A DNA stretch of 64,000 nt from Balanoglossus misakiensis (lineage: Eukaryota > Animalia > Hemichordata): the NCBI GenBank assembly GCA_040954595.2, contig CM082596.2:4209025-4273024 (forward strand), in the 5' to 3' direction. Made by a program: the position numbers and the translations under genes. Below, one piece after another: positions 1 through 13,381 of the stretch. Below the pieces are notes generated by a model. It saw nothing but the letters and a program-made list of their open reading frames with translations. It was not told where the DNA came from and searched no databases. Within the stretch, counting starts at the first letter, position 1; the number at the start of each line of letters is the position of its first letter.

Positions 1-3000
1 AGAAGACGGACGAAATGACCTTTTCGCCATCAATTTCAAAAAATGACGTACTGCCGACCTAGCGTATATGTCGGTGTCGATTTTCGTCTCTTGTGAATTT
101 ATCGTAAGTCATTTAATGCATGATTGTCGATCTCTGAGTATCACGTTGTGCTGTACATGTTCATCAATGACGAGCCTTGAGATTTGTCATATCAGGGATT
201 CTAGCTGCCTGTGTGCTATCCATTACAGATAAACATGGGGCTCCTCAGACTGTCATTTGCCTACCTGTGCATTCTATATCTCGCAAATAAACTCTCGATT
301 CGTTTTCGACATTAAAAGCAAGAGCATGGTTTCAAATGGGCAAGTAATAGCCAGCGAGGTCGTATAGCTTTAAAATTGGCAATTCGTAACCTCACAATAT
401 TGGTGGGGTGGGCGTCGCTTGGATTGCACAGATTACTCGATTGAGCGTCCGTTCACGGAGATGTTTTGTACGAAGCGTGACGTCATCCACTCGCCACCCT
501 ACTTGCAGATTTCTGAGCAACGAGTCCTTTAACCTTAGCAAGCTGTTCAAGTCGCATAATTATAAAAGAAAGGGAAAGGGCTCCTGCGATCGATATCACG
601 TTGCCACCTTGATAGACTCCGCGGTGCGTTCTCTACAACAGGATATATCGGATCAATTCAACGCTTTCTCCGGTAATCCCAGACAATGCAAAAAAACTAT
701 ATTTATCTTCTTAATACCATCCCTCTGCTATAATGGCGCGTTGTATACGTCTTGTCAACCAGTGAATTAGAAAAGGTCATGTCGTGAGAGCAGAAATCCC
801 GGAGATCTTCGGTTGTCATGGAAACGATCGTGCTTATTTGTGCTCTATGGAAATATGTTTCCGTCCCCGGAATGGGTGAATTAAAAACAGTCACTGAAGG
901 GTAGCGGCGTTGAAAACAACGTCAGCGTGAATTGGGTATCTTGTCTCCGTTGTTTTGTACATTTTAGTGTGCTTCGATCTGTACATCGCCGGTACGCAAT
1001 GCAGACTGACAGAACAGCAAGCAAGCCCGAGTAATGGACACTAAATAGATATATTGCGTTAGTGATGCGTAATCGAATCAAAGTAATCGTTTCCAATCAT
1101 CTCGATTGTAATGATTTGACACGAAGAGCGGCATTAAAGTCAACGTGTACTGTTTTTATCTTCAGATGGTGCTGAAATTAGTCCGTCTGTAAACCCGCAT
1201 CCATCATTAAAAGACGTCTAGACTGCTTTGTAGAGTGTATAAGATGCAGATAACTAGAAATGTTGTAGAGGAGGGGGTGACTAGAGCCGTACATGTTCAA
1301 GCGAGCCTCTGACCAGGCTGCGTATACTTTTAAAGTGATCAATGAACTAAAACTGCAACAGCCAATATGGCTGATTTCTGAAGTTAACATAAAATAAAAG
1401 GTACATCTTAAGCATTGCGCTCGATGCAATTATGGGTCTTGTGTTTGAGAACTGACGTATGTTATAAAACCGTATCATCTCTCCTGTTCAAACTCAATTA
1501 TTTGGATCAATAACAGCTACTCAGAAGATAACTACCCTACCTCGCACATCTACCTAGGCTATTTTTAGTGCATTGTTGATGCGATCATATACTGTTATGT
1601 CTTAAGGCGAATTTGATGTACGTAAATTTCAATTTCTGAAACACGGTTTTCTCTCCCGTTTTCAAACGTGGTGAACCGTATTGTCCCCATTCCTGGAATA
1701 CAGGCAATCTGAAAGAGCCTGCATTAGATTTATTGTTGAGCACCTGAACACCGCCTGCGGCACTTTAGATCAACTACCTCCTTCTTCCCACCGCCATTGT
1801 GATTTCTATTTTGCTGAAGCGGAAGTAAACTCCATGCTGTCCAGAAGGTACGGGAAGTACTCTGACACGCATGCGTACATGTCCACAGTATCAATTTGCC
1901 AAAAATCGTAAAATCAGACGGGGTTTATTGACCACGCGCCATGAATTTTTTTTATGGAACCCACTGTTTAAACATCGTGTAATTGGGAACTTAATGTGTG
2001 CGCATACATTTAGGCCAACCTTTGAATAATATTGGCAAAACATCAGTCTCATTTTCAACATTTTGGCATTGGCTATTGACTGATCCCCTCCTCTCTGTCT
2101 GTCATTAATAGGCCATGTGTGGCACTATCCCCTGAGAAAATCGGCTCAATTATATGTGGCTTTGCCAACAAATGCCTCCCTTTCGTTCTAAATTTAGTAT
2201 ACACCCCTGAAGCCTTGCTAGTACAACTAATTAGCCAGGCAGGTCTTGGCAAGAAACCCCCACGTGGTAAAAGATAATTGAAACTAAACAGGCACTATCG
2301 CCGACATAATCTAGGACAGTCACTGCGATGGGAAGGCTGTCGTGGCACGTTGCGCAGCGATTAAAATGTGATACTCTCATCGCGGCCACTTCAAAAAGCC
2401 TTTCCTATTATCGGGTTCATCTTTACTTCTGCAGACGACGTGTCAAGATCTCTGTGATGATAGTTTTGGGACACATTACTCAGCAAAAAATAGACGACGC
2501 GTGATACTTTGTTGGTTTAGGTATCAATATTAAAATGTAAAGAAAATCTCCGTTTCATATTTACGAGGGCCAGTCAGCAACAACACCATTTCTTCTATCG
2601 CGTTACCGAACGTTTAAAAAATAATTGATAGATATTTGGAGTTCTTGACCTGTCGATCGATCACTCAACTGAAAGCGACAACTGTGTGATAAATGTACGT
2701 TTACTGACCTTTATTGATAAGAAAAAACACAACGTTTGTAATGTGTTTTATCTGCAGTTTACGCATTACGCATAATTATACAGATGTTCTTTGGGAAACA
2801 ATTATGAAAAACTCTTTCAGGTAATATTCCCTGGGTCTCAAACTTGCGAAGGATCATTTTCAAATCCCTATAAGTAGTAATGATACTAAAAAAATCTCGT
2901 CACGTTTTCAAAAATTAATAACCCAACCGTTTTAATTTGGTTTTCTGTGATGGTTTAAGTGTGAATCAAACTGCGTGCCTCTATTTTCGTGACGCGTACT

Positions 3001-6000
3001 ATATGTTTCACGTTTAGTATGCAGAACACGTAGTCAAATATATTTCCCTGGCTCATAAATATTCAAACAGCTCTGCAAAAAATTAATTGGCCTCGAAGGA
3101 TAAGCTTCATGGGTTTAATAACATAGTATCAAGCATATCCGATATTAAACTGTCAAAGATGTTAACTGTAATAAAGTCTAGTTTCCCCCACATAGTCGTC
3201 TACGTTCTAATACCAGTAGAACCATTCTTGACATGAAAGTTTTTGTACAGGGATAGTCTCTCATCTAACTCCGTCTGTCTGTGTGTTTTCATATGGGATT
3301 AATTTCATTACATTAATTTTGCAACCTTGGAGACTGCTGCGTTATTCTCTGGACAAGACCACAACAAAATGAGATTTGTTTGACGTCAATGATTCTGCGA
3401 TGGGAAAGTATCGTTCTGTCTTGTAGTGTAACCGCTCGCTTTGAGAAGACAAGCTAGAATTATGAATGCAATAATATTAATGATTAGTGATATACCCACA
3501 AGGTATATCTGCGCGGCGTTTATCACTTTGACGCATTTATCTCGATTATACACTGGTGGTTACGTAGATAACATACTAATGAGTGCAATGATATATGCAT
3601 GGCTGGATTTCTTGGAACACACATTTCATCTTCATCCCGGAAGCGTGATAACACACAGGCAGCCAATCAAGAGAAGTTGACATTTGTAACGTCGCAGCAA
3701 TATCTCTGCGGCAAGATGAAACGCGCCGCCGTATTGGTTCCCTGAATATGGCTTGGTATAGCACAAGCAAGTACTTTCTCTTTGACGGGCCCATCAGGAT
3801 GCAATTACGGAAGTTGGGCGACATTTTAAGGAAGTTCAATTTTCATGTCACTGTCAATGTCATGGTTACGACTAAAGCGCGCGATGGCTGGATGGAAGGG
3901 GGGAGGGCAGTTACCAGCTTATAATCATTTTTGTTTACCTGAATCACCCAAGGCTTTTTTATGACACAAAAACGTCGAATTTAAGATTTTCAATTCAAGC
4001 TGAAAAAAGACTTAATTACACAGCCACGCCACGATTTCATTTGTCAGGGAACATAAAAAATCAATTAAGAAATCTATTAATCGCATGATTATTCCTTATT
4101 GGAAATTAATAAGTGTCCGTCAAAGGACGCTTTCCTCCCCAAACAGCCAGTTCGGTGTTTACTTTCTGTCATGTGGTTTTGGGTGGTAAGTCCATTTCAG
4201 TAGGTTACACAAATGAAACTTTCTTCATTCATAAGTTCACTTTACAAATTTAATCACCGCACTTTAATTATTACCAGCGCTTTCTCTTAATTGCCTGTCG
4301 ATCGTCCGCGTCTTGTTAATTAACTTGAAACATGCGTCGTCCAAAATAGAAGAGAAATCTTAATTAAGCATAGTTTATGAAAATGTATAATTAGAACCCC
4401 ATTAGCGCGCACGTATCGTTCAGTTATTTATCGCGGTTCGTTGGCGAAATGCCGAGCAAAAGACGTGGTTACTGTTTACCGCGCCGTGGACTACGTTAAA
4501 TGCAAAATAGTTAATGTTTTCAGCGTTTTGTAAAGAACTTAAAATCATCTGTTTGATTTGCAGGAAATCTGCGTTTGTTGATTGCGTAGGAGTATTGTGT
4601 ACAAAAAGCAGTTTTCCTTCTTAAGTATACTGGCAAGCAAACCGGAAGTGCCGTAATATATCCCAGAATAAACACGTTGCACAATTTTTCCATCTCAATC
4701 CAGCATACCTGTGGAGTCGAACAAAAGACCCGCCGTTTAAAGTGTACAACTTTGACTTTTTGGCGAACCGGCTCTTTAATGTGGGTTTATTAAATGCAAT
4801 AAATTGTTGCATTAATCAGACTCTCAGGAGACCATACCCGCACTCAATGCAATTTTCTGAAGAAAAAAATGCAATAAATTTCCAAGTTATGGAAACAATG
4901 CTGATATTTGACGGGGGCATATATTAAGACGTTTCAAGTCAACTGCCTGAGCTTGTAGCTATTACCATAGTCCCAGAATGGGGGTTACCTTCAGTTTTTG
5001 CGTGATGCAAACAACCATACTGCAAATAATCGCCAATCTCAACTTTCAAAAAATTGAGATTGCAGAGTACGTCACATATACTTGTCGAATTCTCCGGAGC
5101 ATGGAGAAAAAAAATGGCCACGTCCTTAAGAGAGCTTATAGAGTACACAGTAGAATGAACGCAGGGCATTTTAGATGTTGAAATTTATGTCCCATCGAAG
5201 CCGTGTGTGAGTGCAGTCATAATTCTCATCCCCGTGACGTGTCGCGAGAAGGAGCGAGTGTTTTAAAATCCTCTTCAAGTTATTTCGTTTGAGTGAACAG
5301 ACAGCGTGTGTGCATACACAAAGAATTTGCGAGGCGTGTGTATGTGCAGTAATGGTACGACAGATATGGCTGTGACAGACAGACTAAGATCTTTACACAG
5401 CGATGCAATAAACCAGTCGATTGCATTATACAGTGAATTATTTCTAAAGCAATCGTAGAGACATGTCGATAGGCACAGTTCAAATGAAACGGTGGATTTC
5501 TCGAGCCAGAAAAGATATTTGTCTGGAAAGAAATCTTAATCATGGAATCTGCCTTTGCTACTGAAACATAATTCTGGGAACACAGTCCTTTCAGGCGATG
5601 AGGTGACTGTTTAAGGTCCTGGGTGTCAGAAACGTCACGGTTATGGAGACTTTCGTTCGGTGGATCGTTTCACCTGGGAGAGGTCATGTTTGACTCTGTC
5701 ATTATGGTCATCACACGGTGACTGGATAGATAAGAGGTTTAATAAAAACATCCCTTGGCGAAGAAGAAAAAATAAATCTAGAATTAATGCATTATACATG
5801 TACTAATGACCGTGGAGTGAACTTGCCACTTGATGGATGCATTCTGTGTTGCCAAGGACACACCTGGTCACGTGACTTTCAAACCGACAATCTAATTGAT
5901 TATGCCATTTAACTTTTCTTGTTCGGCAGAGATTTGAACAGCGGGCGGGAGGCCCGGCATTACTTCAAGCCAGTGCACAGCCCAACCAAGCATGTGATGA

Positions 6001-8366
6001 CGTCACGCGTTGGCAATGGCGAGAAGCGAGGTCCGCGACAGGTGTGTGCAGAGAAGCGAATAGGTCAGTCTATAACTTTTAAGGACAATTTTGTCCGGTT
6101 TCTTCAATGGCCCAGACTAGTCTAGCAACCTCCCAGGCGCCTATCTGCTCGGTTTCACCTCAGCAAATAATCGCAGGTAAACCATGCGACTCATAATTGA
6201 GGTGACGTCAAATAAAGTGTAAAACCGTGTATTTCATCAAAACCGTCAACGAAGTAAACAGTCGAATATATCTCCCTATAATAATAGTATTTAATTAGAT
6301 GCGTTCTCTGATAAAAATGGGCAGGTTATTATTACTAATATTATTAAATAAGGCCAGGGTCCCAACTTTAATCATATTTAATAATGAGATACAGCAACTT
6401 AACACCGCGAGATGGAATATAAAATAGAACACTGTAGCAATTTGTGGTTTTTTAAGTGGCGGACATTTTTTATCCGATGGTCTGTGCGGTCGGCCATGAA
6501 TTACTGTTTAACAAGCCTGGTAATATCATCAGCCCAACTGGCTACATGCGCGACATATATAAGCAGCTGTCGAGGCAGGTATAATCCAAACTGGCTAACC
6601 GGGAATTAGATTTCTGTCCCACATCAAAAATTAGCGAACCACCCTTTTGCGGATGGTATTTAAGCTGATTACGTTGAGTTCCAAAAACAGTCCACTTTCT
6701 ACTCTGTATTGCCATGACTACATTCAGCTGGGCAGGACCATAGAACGGAAACTACTTTTACGAAGGGGGTTTGGGTGTTGCCTGTTGGTGCGTTTGAGTT
6801 GTACACAACCGCCAAGAAATGACAGAATCGCCTGTTGGATCGCAAAAGCCCCACGCCTGTATTCCTAAACTATGCAATCCATGTGATTGATAGCATCGCA
6901 TGCTTGCAACAGATCGAAAACTGGAACGGACGGAAAATTTGTGATATGTGGGTCGGATTACACCTTCTGGCGAAGTCTCAGCGCCCAAAAGCATTTCTTG
7001 GTTGATATTTTTGTGAAGCAACACCATGTTGGTCAACAGGGGTCCGTGACATGACGTGTATACATATTTAAACATATTGATGTACTGTAATATATAAACC
7101 AGGCGGTTGGGGATAATAGACTTGCCGTGGTGTAACGCGAATACCATTGATGATAATGCCATCTTTATTCAATACTCATTGCACAAACATTGGTCTTGTG
7201 CTTAAATCCCCCCTAAGCATGATCTATCGTATACTTAATATGCGCGTTCAGCAAAATTCTAACGTGAAGGTCTTGAAATTAAGCAAATCCACTCCTGATC
7301 TATTCGTGTGTTCACAAGGCTTATGACTGTCAGTAATAAGCTGTGAATGCCAACCTTTGTTATCCGGGAAGCGGAAAACGATTTACAAAGGCGTTTCGCG
7401 TGTTCTTTGAAAAAAGCTCTCGCAAAAACCTCTTCAATACGTCCAAATGCATTATGCCGATCACACACTTGTGTCCTACTAAAAAAACGTCTATGACGTC
7501 ATCACCGCTGTGCCCGGAATATCGACGACTTAATGGTCGCATTGAGGAATACGGGAGAATTTGTTGGATTCGGAGTTTCTTGAATTTTATGCGTGTAGCA
7601 GACGGGGGACCTGTAATCTGGGCGTTTAATTGAGTGAAAGTGTGGGTCTATTAGTATTGCGGCCGACAACGAATAGGGGGGGGGGGGGAATGTGTTCATA
7701 TTCAGAGAACACTTCAGACGTTCCGTTTATAATGATCATCTTGTCGCTAATCACCAGGCACTCTGCAGTGCACTGAGATAGCCTGACGGATGTCAAACAA
7801 GAATTGCTGTGCTTTCCCCATCACACACCAAAAGACGTATTGCCTAATCGCGCGCCGAGGAGACACGGGAGATGATTCTCCAGGCACCGCGCCAAGACTC
7901 TCAGGTGAATGAGAGAAAAAAAAACTGTGCTCCTGCACGCACTGCCTTGCAAGACCCCACATTGGCAGGTCTGGCAAAGCACCGTTTCAAGGCACAATTA
8001 ATTCTCATCAAGAGTGTCAATAGAAAGGCCATGTTGTTGTTATGTTTCGGACAGCACTGGCTTTCGAGGTATTCTGTTCACGCTATACTCGTGTACTACA
8101 AATAGGAAAATCACAGCAAAACTGAAATTAAAAATGACAAAGTACGTAATACTCTATAGTACAATATACAAAATATATACAATATAATACAATAAATATT
8201 GTATATATGTATATACGTATTAAGTATTCGTATCATCTTGTAATACAGTAGTACACGAAGCTTGTCGTGAACATGGATCGCCAGTGTTTCCGATCACCAT
8301 CAAGACATGCTTATGATAATTATTCTGAACGGACATGCTACTATAAAATATTAAAATGATGCCTAC

Positions 8367-8636
8367 GTCAATGTCGTGTCCTTGGGCGATCATGAACTTG
8401 GGATTCTGATGTGATTCCCCGCCTCCCGGCCCTCGTTTGCAGTTGTAGGCGTTTTTCGACAGGGGCAGCGACGACGGCGGCTTTCGCTTGACGTTGTTGC
8501 GCGTGCGGCGGCCGGAGAGCGAGAGCGACGCGGGCGGGTCGTCCAGCCCGCCGAGGAGCTCGATGTTCGTGGCTCTCACTAAGGCGTGCATGTCTAATAG
8601 TGGTACTCGTTCACTCTGACCATAAGCTTCGGCCAT
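8367..8636 (-). CDS. Candidate alternative first coding exon (90 aa, MAEAYGQSERVPLL...PKFMIAQGHDID) of an unidentified minus-strand gene
   Basis: GC-rich open frame that ends at a phase-0 GAC|GTAGGC, where composition drops abruptly to AT-rich. TCAGT initiator-like motif upstream (8889-8893). No homology recognised. Confidence 0.5.
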
Positions 8637-10167
8637 GAAGGGTGTAACACCACAACAACAGTATAAGGCCTTCCAAGCTCGGGGTGAAAATAGTAAAGAG
8701 CTAGGGAGTGATTAATATCTTTAAGTGACAGCTTGATTTATTTAGGCGTGCGCAGAACGGCCGTCGTTTAAATCTGGCAACACAACTACAGGATCTATCA
8801 GCCAGCGACGACGGTTGGTGCGTGACTCGACTACACATATCATGCTGCATTAAACAAACTTTCTGTCGAAAATTAAACTTGCCCAACAACTGACATGAGA
8901 TTTTTGTTCTTGAATCAAATACACGGGCCGCTCAAATCAATTTCCGCGTGTCTCTTACAGCCTCCTTCGTCTCAATTGACAGTTCCTTCAAATCGTTTGT
9001 AGATACTAGAGCGATACTTATTCACTAGCTTCGTGGATGAGCATTTCATGATTGGGGCCACGACCCCTCACGCAGTCTACACGTGTCTTGTGACCCCTTG
9101 GCGATCGGCTGGCGATTATATTCACCTTGACTCTAAAAATAATGGACCAACAGAGTGTAGTTTCTCCATTTCAATTTTTTTTCTGTCGGTGCTTCACTGA
9201 GGACAAATATTCAACCCTGCAACTACAGTGTCCACTGTGTCAACAGGTTGCAGTTTAAAACATAATTGTTAGAAAAGCTAAATGTGTATTTCAAATTATT
9301 TAGGAATAAGGATGTAATCCCCAAACAGGGCCATGGTGGCCTGCTAAAATAGCTCGTCGCGATATTCGATGCAAAAACCACCCAACCATTCGAAATTGAA
9401 CATATTTTAGTTGAGTGAGCACTCGGAGTGATGCTAAAAGCGGCGCCATCTTAACTTGTGGCATGTGCAAATTCGTTGAATTCTATCGAGCAGGGTTCGA
9501 TTACGACGGAGCAAAGAAAAAATTCTGTATGGCTGACCTAGAATGCAACTTCCCCTACTATTTTTCTCCGTTTTTGTAAAACGGACACGAGCGAGTATTA
9601 CACGGCGAAAATATATTTTCCTGAATAACCGAACCCATAGCTAGCACATATGTAAACATCAGCTAGACTCAACTTCCTTTTTAACAAAGATGGCTTCGTC
9701 ATACTCCATCAAACACGGGAAATAGATTAAAAGTTTCATACGCGATCACCTCTCAACAAAGGGACTTCCCTGGTTCCCACATCTAAATTATGAATAAAGT
9801 TGACAACTGTAACTGATCGAGTAGAGTGAACAAGAACGACCTCACAAGAATGTTCAAAACAATTATTAAAACGTACTGCATAAAGCTGCATAAAAGTTGT
9901 AGATAGATGTCGTGGCAAAATTTTTAAAGCAAAGGAAAAATGTGTACAATCAAGTATTTGTAATTGCTATGTTTTCCTTTGCACTAATTCAGTGGACGGA
10001 TACATTAAGCTTATCAAGGTATAATGACTGAATTATTGAACGCATGTGACCTATTAATAAACCACCAGGCAGGCAACATATATCGAAATAAAAACACAAT
10101 CCTACTTAGTATCATGTCAGGACAATAAACTCCAAAGGACCTCCCTGTAAAGATACGCTCCAGTCGT

Positions 10168-10257
10168 CATTATCTCAACATTATTTATTAATATCAACAT
10201 AGATCACGTGAACATTATCTCAACATTATTTATTAATATCAACACAAATCACGTGAA
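10168..10257. repeat. Tandem duplication, 2 x 45 bp (2 mismatches)
   Basis: CATTATCTCAACATTATTTATTAATATCAACA(T/C)A(G/A)ATCACGTGAA occurs twice, head to tail. Confidence 0.95.
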
Positions 10258-12038
10258 TAAAACTAGTTCTGAAATGTTCATGCGATACTAACGGTGTATC
10301 ATGTGACAAGTTATGTTAATATAACAAATCAATATAAAGGTTGAGGGCGCTAGGTTTGACAGAGAACGGTTCACGAAGTGTTGTCACGTTAAAGGGCTAA
10401 CAAACGAAGACACCGGTTAATTTTGAACACCGAGGGCATTATTACAATCATCCGATCTGTCAGTATCAGGGGAGGTGTGTGGATGGTGTGAGCTCAGCAC
10501 AAATGCAACTAAATTTACGATAGGTGGCGCTGTCACGTTCTCTACATCTCGACAGCCGGTCGCGCGTTATAAATGCTCTTGTTTTTATCAAAACAGCGGG
10601 CACTTTGTGGTTATCTGAAAGCAAAACAAAGATATTCTGACCTCTTCACCGACGGCGTAAATTGAACACGTTTGTCTTGGTGAAAGTACCTTAGCCCCGC
10701 TGATAGTTAAAAATAAATCTTGGCTATCTCGCTTTCGCTGGACCGTTTCAGAATCTCATAGGAATGCATCGATCGATTTTATCGCCACTGAGATAGTCCA
10801 CTTCATGCTACTTGACATTTCCTTGTCTGTTTCCATGGCAAAGCGAGTGCCGGAGTGCCCTCAACAAGGCACTGTTACGAAATGCACTCTTTGGCACAGT
10901 CCCACTGGACGAGTCTCGGTTTGTTCTGCAAGACGTGATAAGATTCCAGAATGCTCCGTGTTCGTCAACTGATTATCGATGAGGCCGAATTCATCGCACG
11001 ATTGGCAATTACCGCGCGGACGCCCGGGCGTCAGTGATGCAATTCTGAATCCGCAATTGCTGTTTTGATAAATTGTCGATTAAGTGTATCGCCCGCTTGA
11101 ACTGTGAGCTCGAGGACATGTTAATTGTGTCGTGGAATCCAAATGGTGTCTTTGAACTATTAAAGGGCTAATGTCGTGTCATAGACTTTTCATGAGGTCC
11201 CCACCTCGCCCATTCGCCACAACTCGTCAACACGACCTGGTGTCAAAAGATGGCCAATCGTGAAGCACCTGCCGCCATCTTCTCGGCCAATTAATACCGA
11301 CTGGAACGTGCGCATGTGCACGTTGTACATTCCATTGGTCGAGAGTGTTCAGTGACGCGAAATGCAAACCAGGTGCTTCCACACAGGGCATGCGCATCGA
11401 TCGCGTCACCACAACTTTCACGGTAAAAAGAATCTTAAATAATTTAGTCGGTCACGACGACAAAAGTAGAGTACAGCTATTTATCACATTAGTCACTGAG
11501 TCATTATATTCACTTGGTGGTCGTATCCACAGTCACGTCAGAAAGGTCGCTTGGAATACTAATTACTACGTCGCGCACACCAAGATATGTACATGTATAT
11601 AATATACGAGTCTGAATCAACGACTTATCAGATAATGATGTTAGCTCTGCCTGGAGATTGTGACCAGGTACCTTAGAATAAACATTTGATTGAGTTTGCT
11701 TATCAAGCTGAAATGACGCAGATGAGACCCCAAAAAGACGTTTCGGGAACGATAATGCAGGGCGATAAAATGTGGGACAAGAAATGTCTCCAAGAAATGA
11801 CGCGGTCACCATAGTAACCCATTAATCTCAGTCATCTGTTCCAACTTGTTTGCTGCTTTCTTCCATCAACCCTCACAAAAATCGATGGCTGCCTAGGTGA
11901 GTGATAAAATCTCCTTCGGTCGATCGGAATTTCAAGATTCCGGGTCTCAGTCAGGGAATACAGCCGACCCGACCACACGACACGCCAACCTCAGCGTGAC
12001 AGGGCTGTTTGTTTATTGTTACCGACCGCGCCTCCAAC

Positions 12039-12086
12039 AGCCGCAGCTGGTAACCGTGACAACACACAGCCCTACCACGCAGAGCT
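12039..12086 (+). repeat. Dispersed repeat fragment, copy A (similar to 41563-41604)
   Basis: AGCCGCAGCtgGTAAC(cgtgac)AACACACAGCCCTaCCACgCAGAGCT. Confidence 0.7.
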
Positions 12087-13169
12087 GTGACATGCCCTGT
12101 CCCCATGTCGTGGCACATTCATAGGTGACCGGCGTCACCTATCTGATGCTATATCAGCGAACTTTGGATATTTCTCTCAGTCTGTTCTGATGAGTGTATA
12201 TCCATTATCCACTGCAGATTTTTTTTTACAATTAAGATTTATTGATAAACCCAGAGTTCATGCTTACCCCGTTACATATTTATTATGCGTAACATGTATT
12301 GTTATTCGTGACGGTTCAGTGATGTTCCTGACTGAAATTTAATCGTCCGAAACAGCGACGATTGCTGTGCATGCGCAGATGTGTTGATAAGGGGAACACT
12401 GGAAAATTGCACATAGCTGAAATTATGGTGAAAATTACAGCCATATGGGTCAATACTCAATATTTACTCATTTGCGATAACGTGTGATGATGCGATGAAC
12501 AAGTTATGAAAACGCTTTAGGGCGAGATAACAGAACTAGAGTAAGCTGTTGTGTGTAGAAATATTGGAGCAAATTTGGAATTCTTCGGGGCCTGTTCCCC
12601 GGATATTGCTCTAAAGTGGTATTTTAACAACCACGCCGCGGTAGTTTTGAACCGACGATAACTTTTAAGCGGTGTGATTTTCGCGCGTGAAGCTTGGTAA
12701 TAAACTGAGTTTGTCTCTTTGAAAACAGAGGGTCTGTGAGACCTTTTTTGAACTTCGGAAAGTGCGCTTCGGGAATTCTTGTTGCTCCCGTGGGCGGAGG
12801 AGTATCGCTCTTTAATAATATTGACGCGCTTCGCTGTACTTGAGGGAAGAACGGTCCCCGTGGACCGTGGTGGAAGTAAACCACTTTTACTTCTGAATAA
12901 TAATGAAAATTTTAAAACGTCAGGACAGTTCTGTGTTTTTGCAAGGAATTCCCAGGCAGTACAAAGCCTTGACAATAATATTTGAAACGAGATATTGACT
13001 TCACACTCCATTACACCTAAATTATTTCAAATTATCGTTTAGCGTGTCCCCCGGCCGCGTACGACTTTGCTATGTTTCTTATGTTCCTCTCTGGACGTGA
13101 TCAGCCTCTCTTAAAGTCTTCTGTAATTCCTACTGTAATTCGTTCATGTCTATCTGAACGGTAACTATT

Positions 13170-13193
13170 TCTCTCTCTCTCTCTCTCTCTCTC
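13170..13193. repeat. (TC)n microsatellite
   Basis: About 12 TC units. Confidence 0.9.
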
Positions 13194-13318
13194 AATGAAA
13201 ACTGTCTCTCTCTCAAATAGTTCGTATGAACAAATAACGCAAAACATGAACGAAATTTCCTGTCAAAATTAAAAACTAGGAGACATTCCACCCAAAAGTC
13301 ACCTCGCTGCCACCCTAC

Positions 13319-13381
13319 CTTGTTGTTCCCCTGCTTTTGGCCACCACCGCCACCTCCTTGCTTATTGCCTTGCCACCACAT
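13319..13381 (-). CDS. Candidate alternative first coding exon (MWWQGNKQGGGGGGQKQGNNK)
   Basis: AGAATG start, Gly/Gln-rich codons, AAG|GTAGGG phase-0 donor, TCAGT at 13470-13474 with a CpG-rich leader. A phase-1 GAG|GTGACT donor lies 16 nt further on. Confidence 0.5.

Noticed and set aside
8480-8600. rRNA or structured-RNA fragment (GGCGGG...CCCGCC stem)
   Set aside because: No rRNA signature recognised; a 6-bp stem is expected in GC-rich sequence.
12517-13011. 164-aa minus-strand ORF or possible transposase fragment
   Set aside because: No catalytic motif or terminal repeats that I could verify.
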